Positions 52,757 through 63,026 of a DNA stretch of 64,000 bases are shown here, piece by piece (position 1 is the first letter of the stretch; each line of letters opens with the position of its first letter). Source of the DNA: Setoptus koraiensis (lineage: Eukaryota > Animalia > Arthropoda); assembly GCA_048013815.1 (NCBI GenBank), contig CM106585.1:22940001-23004000 (forward strand), read 5' to 3'. Position numbers and translations under genes: made by a program. The notes under the pieces were generated by a model. The model ran no database searches, had not been told where the DNA came from, and saw only the letters and a list, made by a program, of their open reading frames with translations.

Positions 52757-54605
52757 TTTGTCTAATATTTGTTTATATTATCAGGGAAAATTACCAAGGT
52801 CGGAGGAGATTAGTATAGCGGTGGCGGTAGGTGCAAAAGTATAATGAACACGTTATGACTACACTAGTAGAATTCAGGTTCTCAACAAATAATAATAACA
52901 ACAATAGAATCATACAACGCAATGCAATAAAAATAAAAAAATGCGTGCAGAACGGTATGATAACGTGTGCATTCTAGAACGTGAATGGGACCTCCTGAAG
53001 ATGAAAATCTGCTAGAGGCGGGGAAAGCGTGTTGATTTGCACGATTTGCGCGGAGTGTCTCGATGAATGTTTGAAGTTTGTTTTTCTTTCACTTTTCGAA
53101 TATTGTGAGCATTTTAATGCGTTGCTCGCGCCTCTAGCGGAATTTTAACGCACAGAGCTCATTGACATCAAAAAAGGCGCACAATTGTGGCATTCACAGC
53201 GGCACACAAGGAGAGCACACTGACGGGTTGAGCGGTCCTTGCATGATTGTTGCACCCTGTATGTATTCTTGTCGAATGTGACGCCGAGTTCGAAAATGAT
53301 GGTCATTTTCTCCTGAAATTCACGGTTTTCGAGATGTCACCCAACTTCCGACTTATGTGAAGTTTTTTTTTTTTTTGGCAAAAAACGGGCGCGCACCCGT
53401 AGATATGGCCTCGGCACGCACTAATTTGTGGAAATTATTTCAATAAAATCTCATTCATCTCAAAAACGGCTGATCTTTCAGAGAGAATGAATTGCATAAT
53501 GCATTTATTCGTACTCCCTGTTGGAAGAGCTTGCGATTTGATAGGTCGAATATAGAAAAGCGGTGTCATAGCAAATGGGCGGTCATTGTCAGCTCTCGCA
53601 AGTTGTGGGCCGCCGGATCGCGTTCAACACGTTGTGAACTGGAGTCTAAACCTTTAGAACCTAGGCAAATGGAACTGATTTTTGAACTGCGATCCTGTGG
53701 GCGTGCCAAAATCGCTATTCCCGGCCACCAAGAGGATAGTTTTTCCGAACAATTTTCATGAATCTATACGCGCTTCACTTGGTGTCTGTGATGCTCTATG
53801 AGCACATTTTTGCAAGCGACTAGAAAATTTCTTCTCGGTTTCTCAATTAGTGCGCTTGCGAGCATTGACTATGGAGGCGATAAGCGCCGCGAGAATTATT
53901 CAATTTTCCCTTCTCCCCTGCTGGATTCAAGTGTTGGCCTCTACGAGTTACCCCAAACCGAAATATTCCATTTGCCCTCTGCAGTCTTTTGTAAGTTGTG
54001 AAATCAAGTCCGACTCGGCACAGCAAGTCCATGCTCCAAGTTCAACTTAAATTGTGCTTAATTGTAAGTCTATTTCAAAGTTAGACTGGGACTCACAAAC
54101 TGGAACTTGCACCACGACGCTGCAAGTCCTACAGTCCATCCCTATGCTGCAATCTAGATTGGTTTGCGAAATCTCCGCGAGGGCGGCGCCGCACTGGATT
54201 ATCCTTTGAACGAGATGTGAGCAGCGCCTCTGGTAGATCTTCTATAAAACATCGGTGCACATTGCAAAAATCTCAAGCAGGACGCACTGTTTTAGTGCAT
54301 AGAATGCACTGTGAAAGGCAGCGCGGCATAATCTGTAGAAACTTGACTATCTGATCTTCACACCCTATACATCTACCATTCATTTCAATTGGCGCTTCAT
54401 ATTTAGTGAGTACTTCTTATTCTTTCTTGCGACTCACAAGTTGTAAGCCCACTGAACTAGATCCATTGAGCGGAAGCCCAGCTCAACAGCACAGTCCAAC
54501 AACTTGGACTGAGGCTGTGAGACTCATGTACACCGTAAAGTCTAGTCGGTTTTTCAAGTCTCAAGTCCCAAGTCCCCATCAACATTGGAACACCCTAGCA
54601 AAGTA

Positions 54606-54841
54606 CTGAGTGCGTTCTTCCCAATGCACTTGAGTGAAGTTCATTTTCGTTCCACCAGGGGCGCTCAGGGAGTGTTTAGATGCACACCCGATCAGAGAGT
54701 ATACGTTAAATGTTTATTTATTTTGATTCTATTGAACATTCACTGCACTCTTTGGTTGTTTGTGCATCCGAGTACGCTTTGCGCACTCCTAGAGGAGTAA
54801 AAATAAACTTCGCCCAAGTGCATTGGGAAAAACGCACTCGG
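54606..54841. mobile_element. 236-bp MITE with TA TSD (Tc1/mariner-type), about 200 bp upstream of V-ATPase a copy 2
   Basis: TIRs CTGAGTGCGTTCTTCCCAATGCACTTGAGTGAAGTT and the reverse complement CCGAGTGCGTTTTTCCCAATGCACTTGGGCGAAGTT, flanked by TA at 54604-05 and 54842-43. Confidence 0.8.
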
Positions 54842-55038
54842 TATAAAGGCCGCAATCATATTAACATATGCCCACTAATGAAATAGTATAATCCTGATCT
54901 AGTAGTACACAGATTGGTAACTCTTTCAATTATAATTATTATCACTATCGTTACTATTATTATTATTACTACTATTATTATTATTAACATTGATATTGTT
55001 TAAGATTAATATATTAATAGAGAATTATCATTATCATC

Positions 55039-57543
55039 ATGGGGGCTCTCTTCAGGAGTGAGGAGATGCAACTGTCGCAGTTGTTCCTCCAATCGGAATC
55101 AGCTTACAACACGGTGTCGGAATTAGGAGAGTTGGGTCTAGTACAATTCCGTGATTTAAACCCAGATACCAATGCATTTCAGCGTAAATTTGTCAATGAG
55201 GTTAGACGTTGCGATGAAATTCAAAGAAAATTGCGTTACCTTGAAAAAGAAATAAAAAAGGATGGTATACCAATGCTTGAAACAGGAGATAATCCAGAAG
55301 CACCTCATCAAAGAGAGATGATAGATTTGGAGGCTAACTTTGAAAAATTAGAAAGTGAACTCAGAGAAGTCAATTCAAATGCTGAGGTTCTGAAGAAATC
55401 ATACCTTGAGTTAAGTGAGTTGCGTCACATTCTAAAGAAGACCCAACAATTTTTTGATGAGATGCAAGATAGCGCGTTGGCTGATGATAGCATACAGCTA
55501 CTATGTGAGGAAGGACTCAGAGCTGGAGGTCAGACACAAACGAGGCTCGGATTTGTTGCAGGCGTCATCTTGAGAGAACGATTACACGCTTTTGAGCGTA
55601 TGTTATGGAGAGTTTGTCGAGGTAATGTGTTTTTGCGACAAGCGGAAATTGAGCAGCCTCTCGAGGATCCTCACACGGGCGACAATGTTTACAAGTCGGT
55701 ATTCATCATATTTTTCCAAGGAGAACAACTGAAGGCCAGAGTAAAAAAGATTTGTGAAGGTTTTAGGGCCTCTCTATATCCGTGCCCAGAGACTCCACCA
55801 GAGCGAAGAGAGATGATAGGTGGTGTCATATCTCGTATCGAAGACTTAAATACTGTACTCAGCCAAACAAACGAACATAGGCACCGCGTTTTAGTTGCGG
55901 CAGCAAAAAACATGAAGGCCTGGTTCATTAAAGTTCACAAAATGAAAGCAATTTATCACACAATGAACATGTTCAATTTAGATGTAACACAAAAATGTTT
56001 GATTGCCGAATGTTGGTGCGCCACTGATGATGTTCAAAGAATACAGCTAGCTTTGGCGAATGCGGCTCAACGATCGGGTTCAAACGTTCCGTCAATCATG
56101 AATAGAATGGAAACGAACGAGACACCACCAACCTACAATCGTACAAACAAAGTCACTAGCAGTTTTCAGGGAATTGTGAATTCCTACGGTATCGCGTCAT
56201 ATAGAGAGGTCAATCCGGCTCCCTACACAATAATAACATTTCCATTTTTATTTGCTGTTATGTTTGGAGATGCCGGTCACGGAGTTATTATGTCATTGTT
56301 TGCTTTGTGGATGGTGCTGAAGGAGAAAAATCTAATGCAAGCTGGCGGATCCGAGATATGGCTAACGTTTTTTAATGGCAGATACATGATACTGTTCATG
56401 GGCATATTTTCCATTTACACAGGATTCATTTACAATGATGTATTTTCCAAATCTATGAACATATTTGGTACATCATGGTCACCACCTAAACTAGGTGCCA
56501 ATACAACTTTTTACCCGGAACATCTCACACTTGATCCACAGTACACATTTTCAGGATCTCCATATCCACTTGGTATGGACCCTATTTGGGCCATCTCGCA
56601 GAACAAAATCTTATTCTATAATAGTTTCAAGATGAAACTTTCCGTTATATTAGGCATATCACAAATGGGCTTCGGTGTTGCTCTATCATTAGTCAATCAT
56701 AAATTTTTCAACAGCAAAATCGACATAATAACTGAATTCATTCCGCGAGTTATATGGTTGGCTGCAATATTCGGTTATATGGTGCTACTGATAGTAGCTA
56801 AATGGCTCTTCTATGATTACTCAAACTCAAGTTGCGCACCCTCCATATTGATTATGTTGATCAATATGTTCCTTTACAAGTACCCCGATGCTCCATGTCA
56901 TTTAGCACCTATTTATCCCGGTCAGCAAGCGATGCAGACATTCTTACTATTGTCTGCATTGGTGTGCATCCCATGGATGTTATTGTTGAAACCGTTTTTA
57001 GTTAAGAAGCAACGTGATAAACAAGCTGCAGAACCATCGGCTGCATATAATTCGCAGCGACAGGATAATGGTGGAACGGATGGTGATGTAGTAGTTACTA
57101 TAGATCAAAACTCAACTAGTCGATCAACTGACAAACACAATGATGAAGAGCATGGCCTGATGGACTTATTTATTCATCAATCTATCCATACCATAGAATA
57201 TTGTCTGGGTTCTATATCCCATACTGCAAGTTATCTGCGTTTGTGGGCTCTTAGTCTTGCCCACGCACAACTCAGCGAGGTACTATGGTCAGTTATGCGT
57301 AAAGGCTTGACCTCACCAGGTATATTTGGTGGTGTTGCGATGTATGTGGTGTTTGCCTTTTGGGCTGTAGTAACCGTAGCTGTGCTACTAGTCATGGAGG
57401 GACTCTCAGCATTCTTGCATGCACTTAGACTTCATTGGGTCGAATTTCAAAGTAAATTTTACAAAGGCGAAGGTCACATCTTTATGCCATTTTCATTCAA
57501 CAGCAGTCTACAGTTGGAACATTCGCAAGGAGCCGTAGAATGA
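55039..57543 (+). CDS. ATP6V0A1: V-type proton ATPase 116-kDa subunit a (copy 2), single exon
   Basis: The 834-aa translation is identical to copy 1. DNA was identical at every segment spot-checked. Confidence 0.96.
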   Translation: MGALFRSEEMQLSQLFLQSESAYNTVSELGELGLVQFRDLNPDTNAFQRKFVNEVRRCDEIQRKLRYLEKEIKKDGIPMLETGDNPEAPHQREMIDLEANFEKLESELREVNSNAEVLKKSYLELSELRHILKKTQQFFDEMQDSALADDSIQLLCEEGLRAGGQTQTRLGFVAGVILRERLHAFERMLWRVCRGNVFLRQAEIEQPLEDPHTGDNVYKSVFIIFFQGEQLKARVKKICEGFRASLYPCPETPPERREMIGGVISRIEDLNTVLSQTNEHRHRVLVAAAKNMKAWFIKVHKMKAIYHTMNMFNLDVTQKCLIAECWCATDDVQRIQLALANAAQRSGSNVPSIMNRMETNETPPTYNRTNKVTSSFQGIVNSYGIASYREVNPAPYTIITFPFLFAVMFGDAGHGVIMSLFALWMVLKEKNLMQAGGSEIWLTFFNGRYMILFMGIFSIYTGFIYNDVFSKSMNIFGTSWSPPKLGANTTFYPEHLTLDPQYTFSGSPYPLGMDPIWAISQNKILFYNSFKMKLSVILGISQMGFGVALSLVNHKFFNSKIDIITEFIPRVIWLAAIFGYMVLLIVAKWLFYDYSNSSCAPSILIMLINMFLYKYPDAPCHLAPIYPGQQAMQTFLLLSALVCIPWMLLLKPFLVKKQRDKQAAEPSAAYNSQRQDNGGTDGDVVVTIDQNSTSRSTDKHNDEEHGLMDLFIHQSIHTIEYCLGSISHTASYLRLWALSLAHAQLSEVLWSVMRKGLTSPGIFGGVAMYVVFAFWAVVTVAVLLVMEGLSAFLHALRLHWVEFQSKFYKGEGHIFMPFSFNSSLQLEHSQGAVE

Positions 57544-57719
57544 TGATCAATCATAGCAAATAGTCATTGCCGCGTTAATTTTTCAATAGTCGAGAAATCA
57601 ACTCTATATGTTAATCAAGATAAAATCAATCAGAAAAACTACCTGTCTACAAATGAGTTTTTGTCAATTGTTCTGAAGTAACTATACAAGTTAGCTTTAT
57701 TAATAACATTATTATGATT

Positions 57720-60700
57720 TTAACTAAAAAAGTAGGTTGACTTGAGCACTTGTCTTATATCTAGTTGACCAGTTTCAGGGGTTGCCTTGAAAATAACAAC
57801 AGGATCGATCGTCGGACGAGACCCTTTTATTCCCTCAAATATATCGATGGCGGTGTCCTCTTCATTTTGTTGGTAGGCTCTGTATGCTTTAGCAAGTCGT
57901 CTATCATTCGACACCTTCTGACTCGAGATCCCGCCTTTCACCGTATTTTCTTCACCCACGTAGTAAGCCATGAATTGTTGTGATAACTGTTCAATCAACG
58001 GCATTGAATGCAATGATATAAATTGCTCTCGGCATATTTTGTTCATTATGTCAACTGTGCTAGCATGAGTCCAAAAACAGTCATGCACGGAGACAAATGT
58101 GACACCATTTTTCTGGCAAAACAAAGATGTTAACATCATATGAGTTGAATCTAATGAATGGATGTAATTTGGTGGAAAGGCGCTTCTCTGTTTTGCTATA
58201 TTTGGTCTCGAAGAAATGTCACTATAAACAGTGCACTGATTTGCCTCGATAGTAGATTCCGAGCTTGCTACTCTACTACCCGAATGTGAAGGTTTGTGAT
58301 ATGGTTGAGTAACAGGGAAACCCAACGGTGTTGACCATCTCACAGGTTGATTGAAATGAACACCAATAGTGAAAGCGCACAATTTCAGCCATTCTTGGAT
58401 CCTTTGTGAAGCTTCAAAAAGTGTTCCTATTGATTGGAACACTTTGCCCACCACGTACGAGGATGCTGCCATTATTTTATGCTGAGGGAAGTCTTTCACA
58501 TCTTTCAATTGCCCGGACACTTGCTCTCTAGCTCCGAAGCGTGTCACTCCATAGACAATAGTCATAACAGTTTGCTTTATCAATTTTCTATTGATACGTC
58601 CTTTCAACAGAACAGCCATCTCGAGTCCATTTTGAGCGTCTTCATCTCTGATCTTCTCGACATGTTCGACGACTTTACTGTAAACATCTTGGGGCGAACC
58701 AAACGGGAGTAAATTGACGGAGCGACCACCTTCTAGATCACGACCTAAGGCAGCATAATGCTGTAGGCCGTTGCAAGAGCCATCCTGATGTATAGGAAAG
58801 TGGCTGACATACTCTTCAGGGTTGCCACTTTTGATCGCTTCGGAAATCTCAATACAACAGGCCAATGTTTGCCATGGCTCCTCACTTTTTCTCCACCAAG
58901 AACTTCCCTCTAAAGGTTGTTCAGCAGAATTTATAATCTCTGGGAGTATTGAGTTGGCAAATTCAAGGCGCTGCTGCAAATTGGCTCTTTTCTTGAGCCC
59001 AGTCAGATTAATGAGATGTATTTTAAGCCAATCCAAGCCTTTTTGTCCCAATGGTCTTCCTTTGGAAAAAAGAAGTAAAGATCTAGCTAAATCACCGCCA
59101 AGATGATTAAAATGGGGTGGAACAGGATATGTACGTCCTCTGAAATCTAAATTGTGTGGATACCACAGAATCCTTGACCTATACTGATTAGCTATGGATA
59201 ATCTATACAGACAATCGCACCATAATGAGTACATCTCACGTTTTTTTTGTTTGAATTTCAACCTGTCCTTTTTGAATGATCGCTTATCCTCTATGCTAGC
59301 ATCCGTTGCGAGAAAATCTGGCCCTTTCCCTAGTACAGTTTCATCTAGTGGGATTGCTAGTTCTTCATCTCCTCCATTTCGGAATATTCCTATGGCTAAA
59401 TCTAGAATTCTTTCATTAACTCGCCACGGACATAAACCCAGCGCAGTCAAGGAGTCTAGTGTTGGATACAGCTCTTGGGAAGCTACATTACCAAAGATTT
59501 CTGCCTGCGTAAGTTCTGGCTGTCTTACCAGATCAACTGTCGATGTCAGATAACCACCGATGTCAATAGATAGCCATGGCATGGGAGGCGCGAGTGATGG
59601 CAAAGATGAATAGTCAAATCTTAAATTAGATCGACAACCTTCTTCGTAGAATTGTGTGAAATTAGGATGTGCCCTAAACTCTTCCTTAACCTTGTGGGAT
59701 GATTCTACTTGTACATAGGCAGTATAAAACGCACATGTCAATCTTTCAGAATCATCTGATAGAGGGTTGAGAAAACTTGGGTTAAATTTAGCCTCCTTAA
59801 GTAAGATACTGTACAGATATTTTCCAACAGATGATGTAATGTGCCTCGGCCATCGCGATAGTTCCCGCTGTCGATCGGTATATATGGAGTAATTTTTGGT
59901 ATCACAGGCTTTTCTTTGAAGATACAACCTTGAGTTGATTTCACCCATCAAATCAGGATTATTGCAATAGTGATGAACGTAATTGTCATAAAGTTTCTGT
60001 AGTTCTTGATATGAGCCATCTCTTTGGGCTCGGTCTCTTAGGTAACGGACCATGACTTTGCGTCCCAGTTCAAAGTGGAGATGATTAGTTTGAGCGCTGT
60101 ATCTCTGACTGACAGCTCCTGCCTCTAGTTCATCAAGTAATAAATCAACAATAAACTTTCTGTCTACTGAGCAAAGATAGGGATATAGATGAACTCTATC
60201 ATCTTCCGCATACTGATTTTGCATTGCGTTCAAGTCCTTCTCTATAACATTCATAAAGTTCCGTCTCCAAATTTTTGAAGCTTTTTTCCACATCGCAGCG
60301 GCTTGTAAGGCACGATTGGAGTTGATCTTTTGGTTGGCAATCGATTTGATGGGCACACTTGAGTGGCTTTCCATGAGACGTTGCTCATTTATCCAAGTTT
60401 CGATTGAATCTAGATTCGCATCACCAGTAGGATTATATCTTTGGTTATCTACTTCTGACAGTGTTTGTAATAGATTACAGTTGTATCCCATGGGTAAATT
60501 ATAGAATTCATCTTCGAAATCATGAATAACTCTCCGTACAAGATTTTTGACTATGGTCCTCTCTGATGGATTTAAATAGATGGGTTGAAATATTTTTCTT
60601 GGGTCTACTCCACCCGATTGCATGTCATTTAGTATTTTAGTTAGATAACTAATGTCAGGTTTCTTTTGCTTCGCCAACGCCAATAATGTAAGAGTCTGTG

Positions 60701-61073
60701 TCTCGATATTGGCCTTAATATTACGGTTGGCCATGTGTGATCTTGTTTCTCTAACTTGCTCAATGGATCCCAATCGCGCCCATCCTCTAATAACTGTGTT
60801 GAAATGTGTTGTTTCCAATGCATTTTTAGATGAGAAGTATTTTGTCGATTTGGCTCTATATCTCAATAGAAAATTGAAAGCTCTATTTATTTGGCCGGAG
60901 TGCACACAAACATTTAGATAGGAACTTAGTATAGCTCTGTGTAAGTCTCTTTTTTTCTCTCTAACTTTCTCTACTCTTTTTACTTCGTGCAAATCTTTTA
61001 CACTTTTACCAGTGAGAGTTTTGTTGTTCTGCGCCTGTGTTTTGATTGACTTATACAAGACCTGACGAAACAT
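57720..61073 (-). CDS. POLRMT: Mitochondrial single-subunit (T7-like) RNA polymerase, single exon
   Basis: LDFRGRTYP, HQDGSCNGLQHY, RKLIKQTVMTIVYG, PPNYIHSLD and VHDCFW motifs, with a PPR-like N-terminus. Confidence 0.97.
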   Translation of the reverse strand: MFRQVLYKSIKTQAQNNKTLTGKSVKDLHEVKRVEKVREKKRDLHRAILSSYLNVCVHSGQINRAFNFLLRYRAKSTKYFSSKNALETTHFNTVIRGWARLGSIEQVRETRSHMANRNIKANIETQTLTLLALAKQKKPDISYLTKILNDMQSGGVDPRKIFQPIYLNPSERTIVKNLVRRVIHDFEDEFYNLPMGYNCNLLQTLSEVDNQRYNPTGDANLDSIETWINEQRLMESHSSVPIKSIANQKINSNRALQAAAMWKKASKIWRRNFMNVIEKDLNAMQNQYAEDDRVHLYPYLCSVDRKFIVDLLLDELEAGAVSQRYSAQTNHLHFELGRKVMVRYLRDRAQRDGSYQELQKLYDNYVHHYCNNPDLMGEINSRLYLQRKACDTKNYSIYTDRQRELSRWPRHITSSVGKYLYSILLKEAKFNPSFLNPLSDDSERLTCAFYTAYVQVESSHKVKEEFRAHPNFTQFYEEGCRSNLRFDYSSLPSLAPPMPWLSIDIGGYLTSTVDLVRQPELTQAEIFGNVASQELYPTLDSLTALGLCPWRVNERILDLAIGIFRNGGDEELAIPLDETVLGKGPDFLATDASIEDKRSFKKDRLKFKQKKREMYSLWCDCLYRLSIANQYRSRILWYPHNLDFRGRTYPVPPHFNHLGGDLARSLLLFSKGRPLGQKGLDWLKIHLINLTGLKKRANLQQRLEFANSILPEIINSAEQPLEGSSWWRKSEEPWQTLACCIEISEAIKSGNPEEYVSHFPIHQDGSCNGLQHYAALGRDLEGGRSVNLLPFGSPQDVYSKVVEHVEKIRDEDAQNGLEMAVLLKGRINRKLIKQTVMTIVYGVTRFGAREQVSGQLKDVKDFPQHKIMAASSYVVGKVFQSIGTLFEASQRIQEWLKLCAFTIGVHFNQPVRWSTPLGFPVTQPYHKPSHSGSRVASSESTIEANQCTVYSDISSRPNIAKQRSAFPPNYIHSLDSTHMMLTSLFCQKNGVTFVSVHDCFWTHASTVDIMNKICREQFISLHSMPLIEQLSQQFMAYYVGEENTVKGGISSQKVSNDRRLAKAYRAYQQNEEDTAIDIFEGIKGSRPTIDPVVIFKATPETGQLDIRQVLKSTYFFS

Positions 61074-61654
61074 GATAACAACAGTATCACCAAATTGTAT
61101 ACCAACTATCTAAGGCAGGTACGGTGTAGTGTCTACCTGTCTTTAGAGTGGAGCCTCTGGAAATATCTGGACTCATCCAATGCAAACAGAGACAAAATTC
61201 CAGTTATTCCCATGTGTTTTACTTGTCCGAACACACACACACACACACACACACACAAGTACCATTCTGGATCTCGTGGCGCACGCACAAAAAAAAAACA
61301 AAGATAACCCGAGAAGCGTAGACAAGAGCAGAACTGGCAGACAATCACCGTGAGGCAGTTACACGGAATTGAGCCTGCAAGCACATGCAATAATCACCGT
61401 CGAGCTTACTGCCGACTCTCAATCCTTCGATGATCCTTTTTATTAGAAGTTTTACCTTCAATTGTTTGAGGATGACACACTAGTCACCGTTGTAAGTCCA
61501 TATAGTTGTTTATTTAGTCAGATGCAGTCAGTTGTGCAATATTACTTATTACTTTATCAAGGTTAATATAAAATACTATTTAATAACAATCGATACAACA
61601 CCACAAGCCATATTAAATTTGAAAGATTCACAAAATCAATTTATTAATCAAGTT

Positions 61655-62452
61655 ATGATCATCAAAGAATATCGTATACCAATGCCATTAGGCGTTGATG
61701 AATACCAAATAGCACAATTGTACATGATAGCTAAAAAGAGTCGCTTAGAAAGTAAAGGAGAAGGCTCTGGTGTTGAAATATTGACCAACGAACCGTATCA
61801 AGATGGACCGGGCGGAAAAGGCCAATACACTGATAAGCTTTATCATATTTCTCATCATTTGCCAGTCTGGTTGAGAGGCTTCCTTCCAAAATCATTATCG
61901 ACTATTAAAGAGGAAGCATGGAATGCCTACCCGTACAGTAAAAACTCAATTTGTACTCCATTTATGGAAAAATTCAGTATAGATATTGAATCAAAGTATC
62001 TATTGGGAGGCACAGAAAAAGAGAACGTGTTTAGTTTAGAGGGAAGCGATCTCACTGAACGTATTGTTGACACCGTTGATTTTGTCAAAGAGAAACCCTA
62101 CTGTGCTGATGACTCCCCAGAAGATGATCCACTTGTCTATGAATCTACCAAAAAGAAGCGCGGCCCACTTAAAGAGGATTGGCTCACAGAGCGAACTGAC
62201 GACAATAGTCAACTTCTAATGTGTGTTTACAAATTATGTAAAGTGCAATTCGGTTATTGGCCGATGCAGTACAGAGTAGAGCAATTCATTCACGATTACA
62301 TTCGAAAGGAATTAGTGCGTGCTCACAGACAAGTCTGGGCTTGGCAGGACGAATGGGTCGATTTGACTATGGAAGATATAAGACAAATGGAGAAAGAAAC
62401 TCAAGAATGTTTGGCGAAGATGATGGACAAGGGATCTGATAAAGGGGGATAA
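61655..62452 (+). CDS. Stand-alone phosphatidylinositol transfer protein, sequence of RdgB-alpha/PITPNM type (265 aa)
   Basis: MIIKEYRIPMP..YQIAQLYMIAKKSR.ES.GEGSGVEIL.NEPY.DGPGG.GQYT and HRQVWAWQDEW. First ATG is at 61655, and the stop comes right after the PITP domain. Confidence 0.88.
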   Translation: MIIKEYRIPMPLGVDEYQIAQLYMIAKKSRLESKGEGSGVEILTNEPYQDGPGGKGQYTDKLYHISHHLPVWLRGFLPKSLSTIKEEAWNAYPYSKNSICTPFMEKFSIDIESKYLLGGTEKENVFSLEGSDLTERIVDTVDFVKEKPYCADDSPEDDPLVYESTKKKRGPLKEDWLTERTDDNSQLLMCVYKLCKVQFGYWPMQYRVEQFIHDYIRKELVRAHRQVWAWQDEWVDLTMEDIRQMEKETQECLAKMMDKGSDKGG

Positions 62453-62453
62453 C

Positions 62454-63026
62454 CTATAACTCATCAAAGTATTCATTCATATCTTCAGATGTCAATTCCA
62501 AAACTTGGGTTAGGTCACATTCAATATCCGGAAGTTTATCACTATCAAGGAATCTGGCTGATTCGGCAACTGCTGGATGCCAATGGAAGCGCAAAGGTGC
62601 GATCTCCCATAAGCAACTTTCCATGGCACTACATTTTTGAAAATCACTCTCGTTTTCATCGTATGGGTCCTGATTTTTCATATAATCTAATGTAATTCTA
62701 CTATTGTTTGGCTCCAAAGAATTAATAAACTGGTTGACCCTGTCCTTGAGTGTTATTAGAGTGGGATGTCTCATAAGTAGATTGCATATGAATGGTAGAA
62801 TCGTCATAAGACATTCTGGTGGAGCTCCGAGTGACAGCCTAGAGAGTTTTTTGATGAAAGCGGCCACAATGTAAGCCGGTAACTTGCTTGAGCTCAAAAA
62901 TGTATCCGCTTGATGAAAGAAATCTGCTCTGTCATCTATGTCTAGGCTTAAAGCTTCATAGAGTCTTACATAAAGGTCCGAGGAACCCTTTGGGTTAAAT
63001 GTACTAAGTTGTTTTAGTAAAGACAT
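62454..63026 (-). CDS. NOC4L: NOC4L (CBF/Mak21 domain) C-terminal open frame, 190 aa; N-terminal part not in frame
   Basis: FFHQADTFLSSSKLPAYIVAAFIKKLSRLSL, LPFICNLLMRHP and AMESCLWEI match the NOC4L family. Confidence 0.8.
   Translation of the reverse strand: MSLLKQLSTFNPKGSSDLYVRLYEALSLDIDDRADFFHQADTFLSSSKLPAYIVAAFIKKLSRLSLGAPPECLMTILPFICNLLMRHPTLITLKDRVNQFINSLEPNNSRITLDYMKNQDPYDENESDFQKCSAMESCLWEIAPLRFHWHPAVAESARFLDSDKLPDIECDLTQVLELTSEDMNEYFDEL

Noticed and set aside
43970-55928. Duplicated 79-aa antisense ORFs (43970..44209 and 55689..55928)
   Set aside because: Shadows on the opposite strand of the identical V-ATPase CDSs.
61532-61654. Upstream extension of the PITP ORF
   Set aside because: Non-ATG start; the PITP family N-terminus MxIKEYRI begins at 61655.
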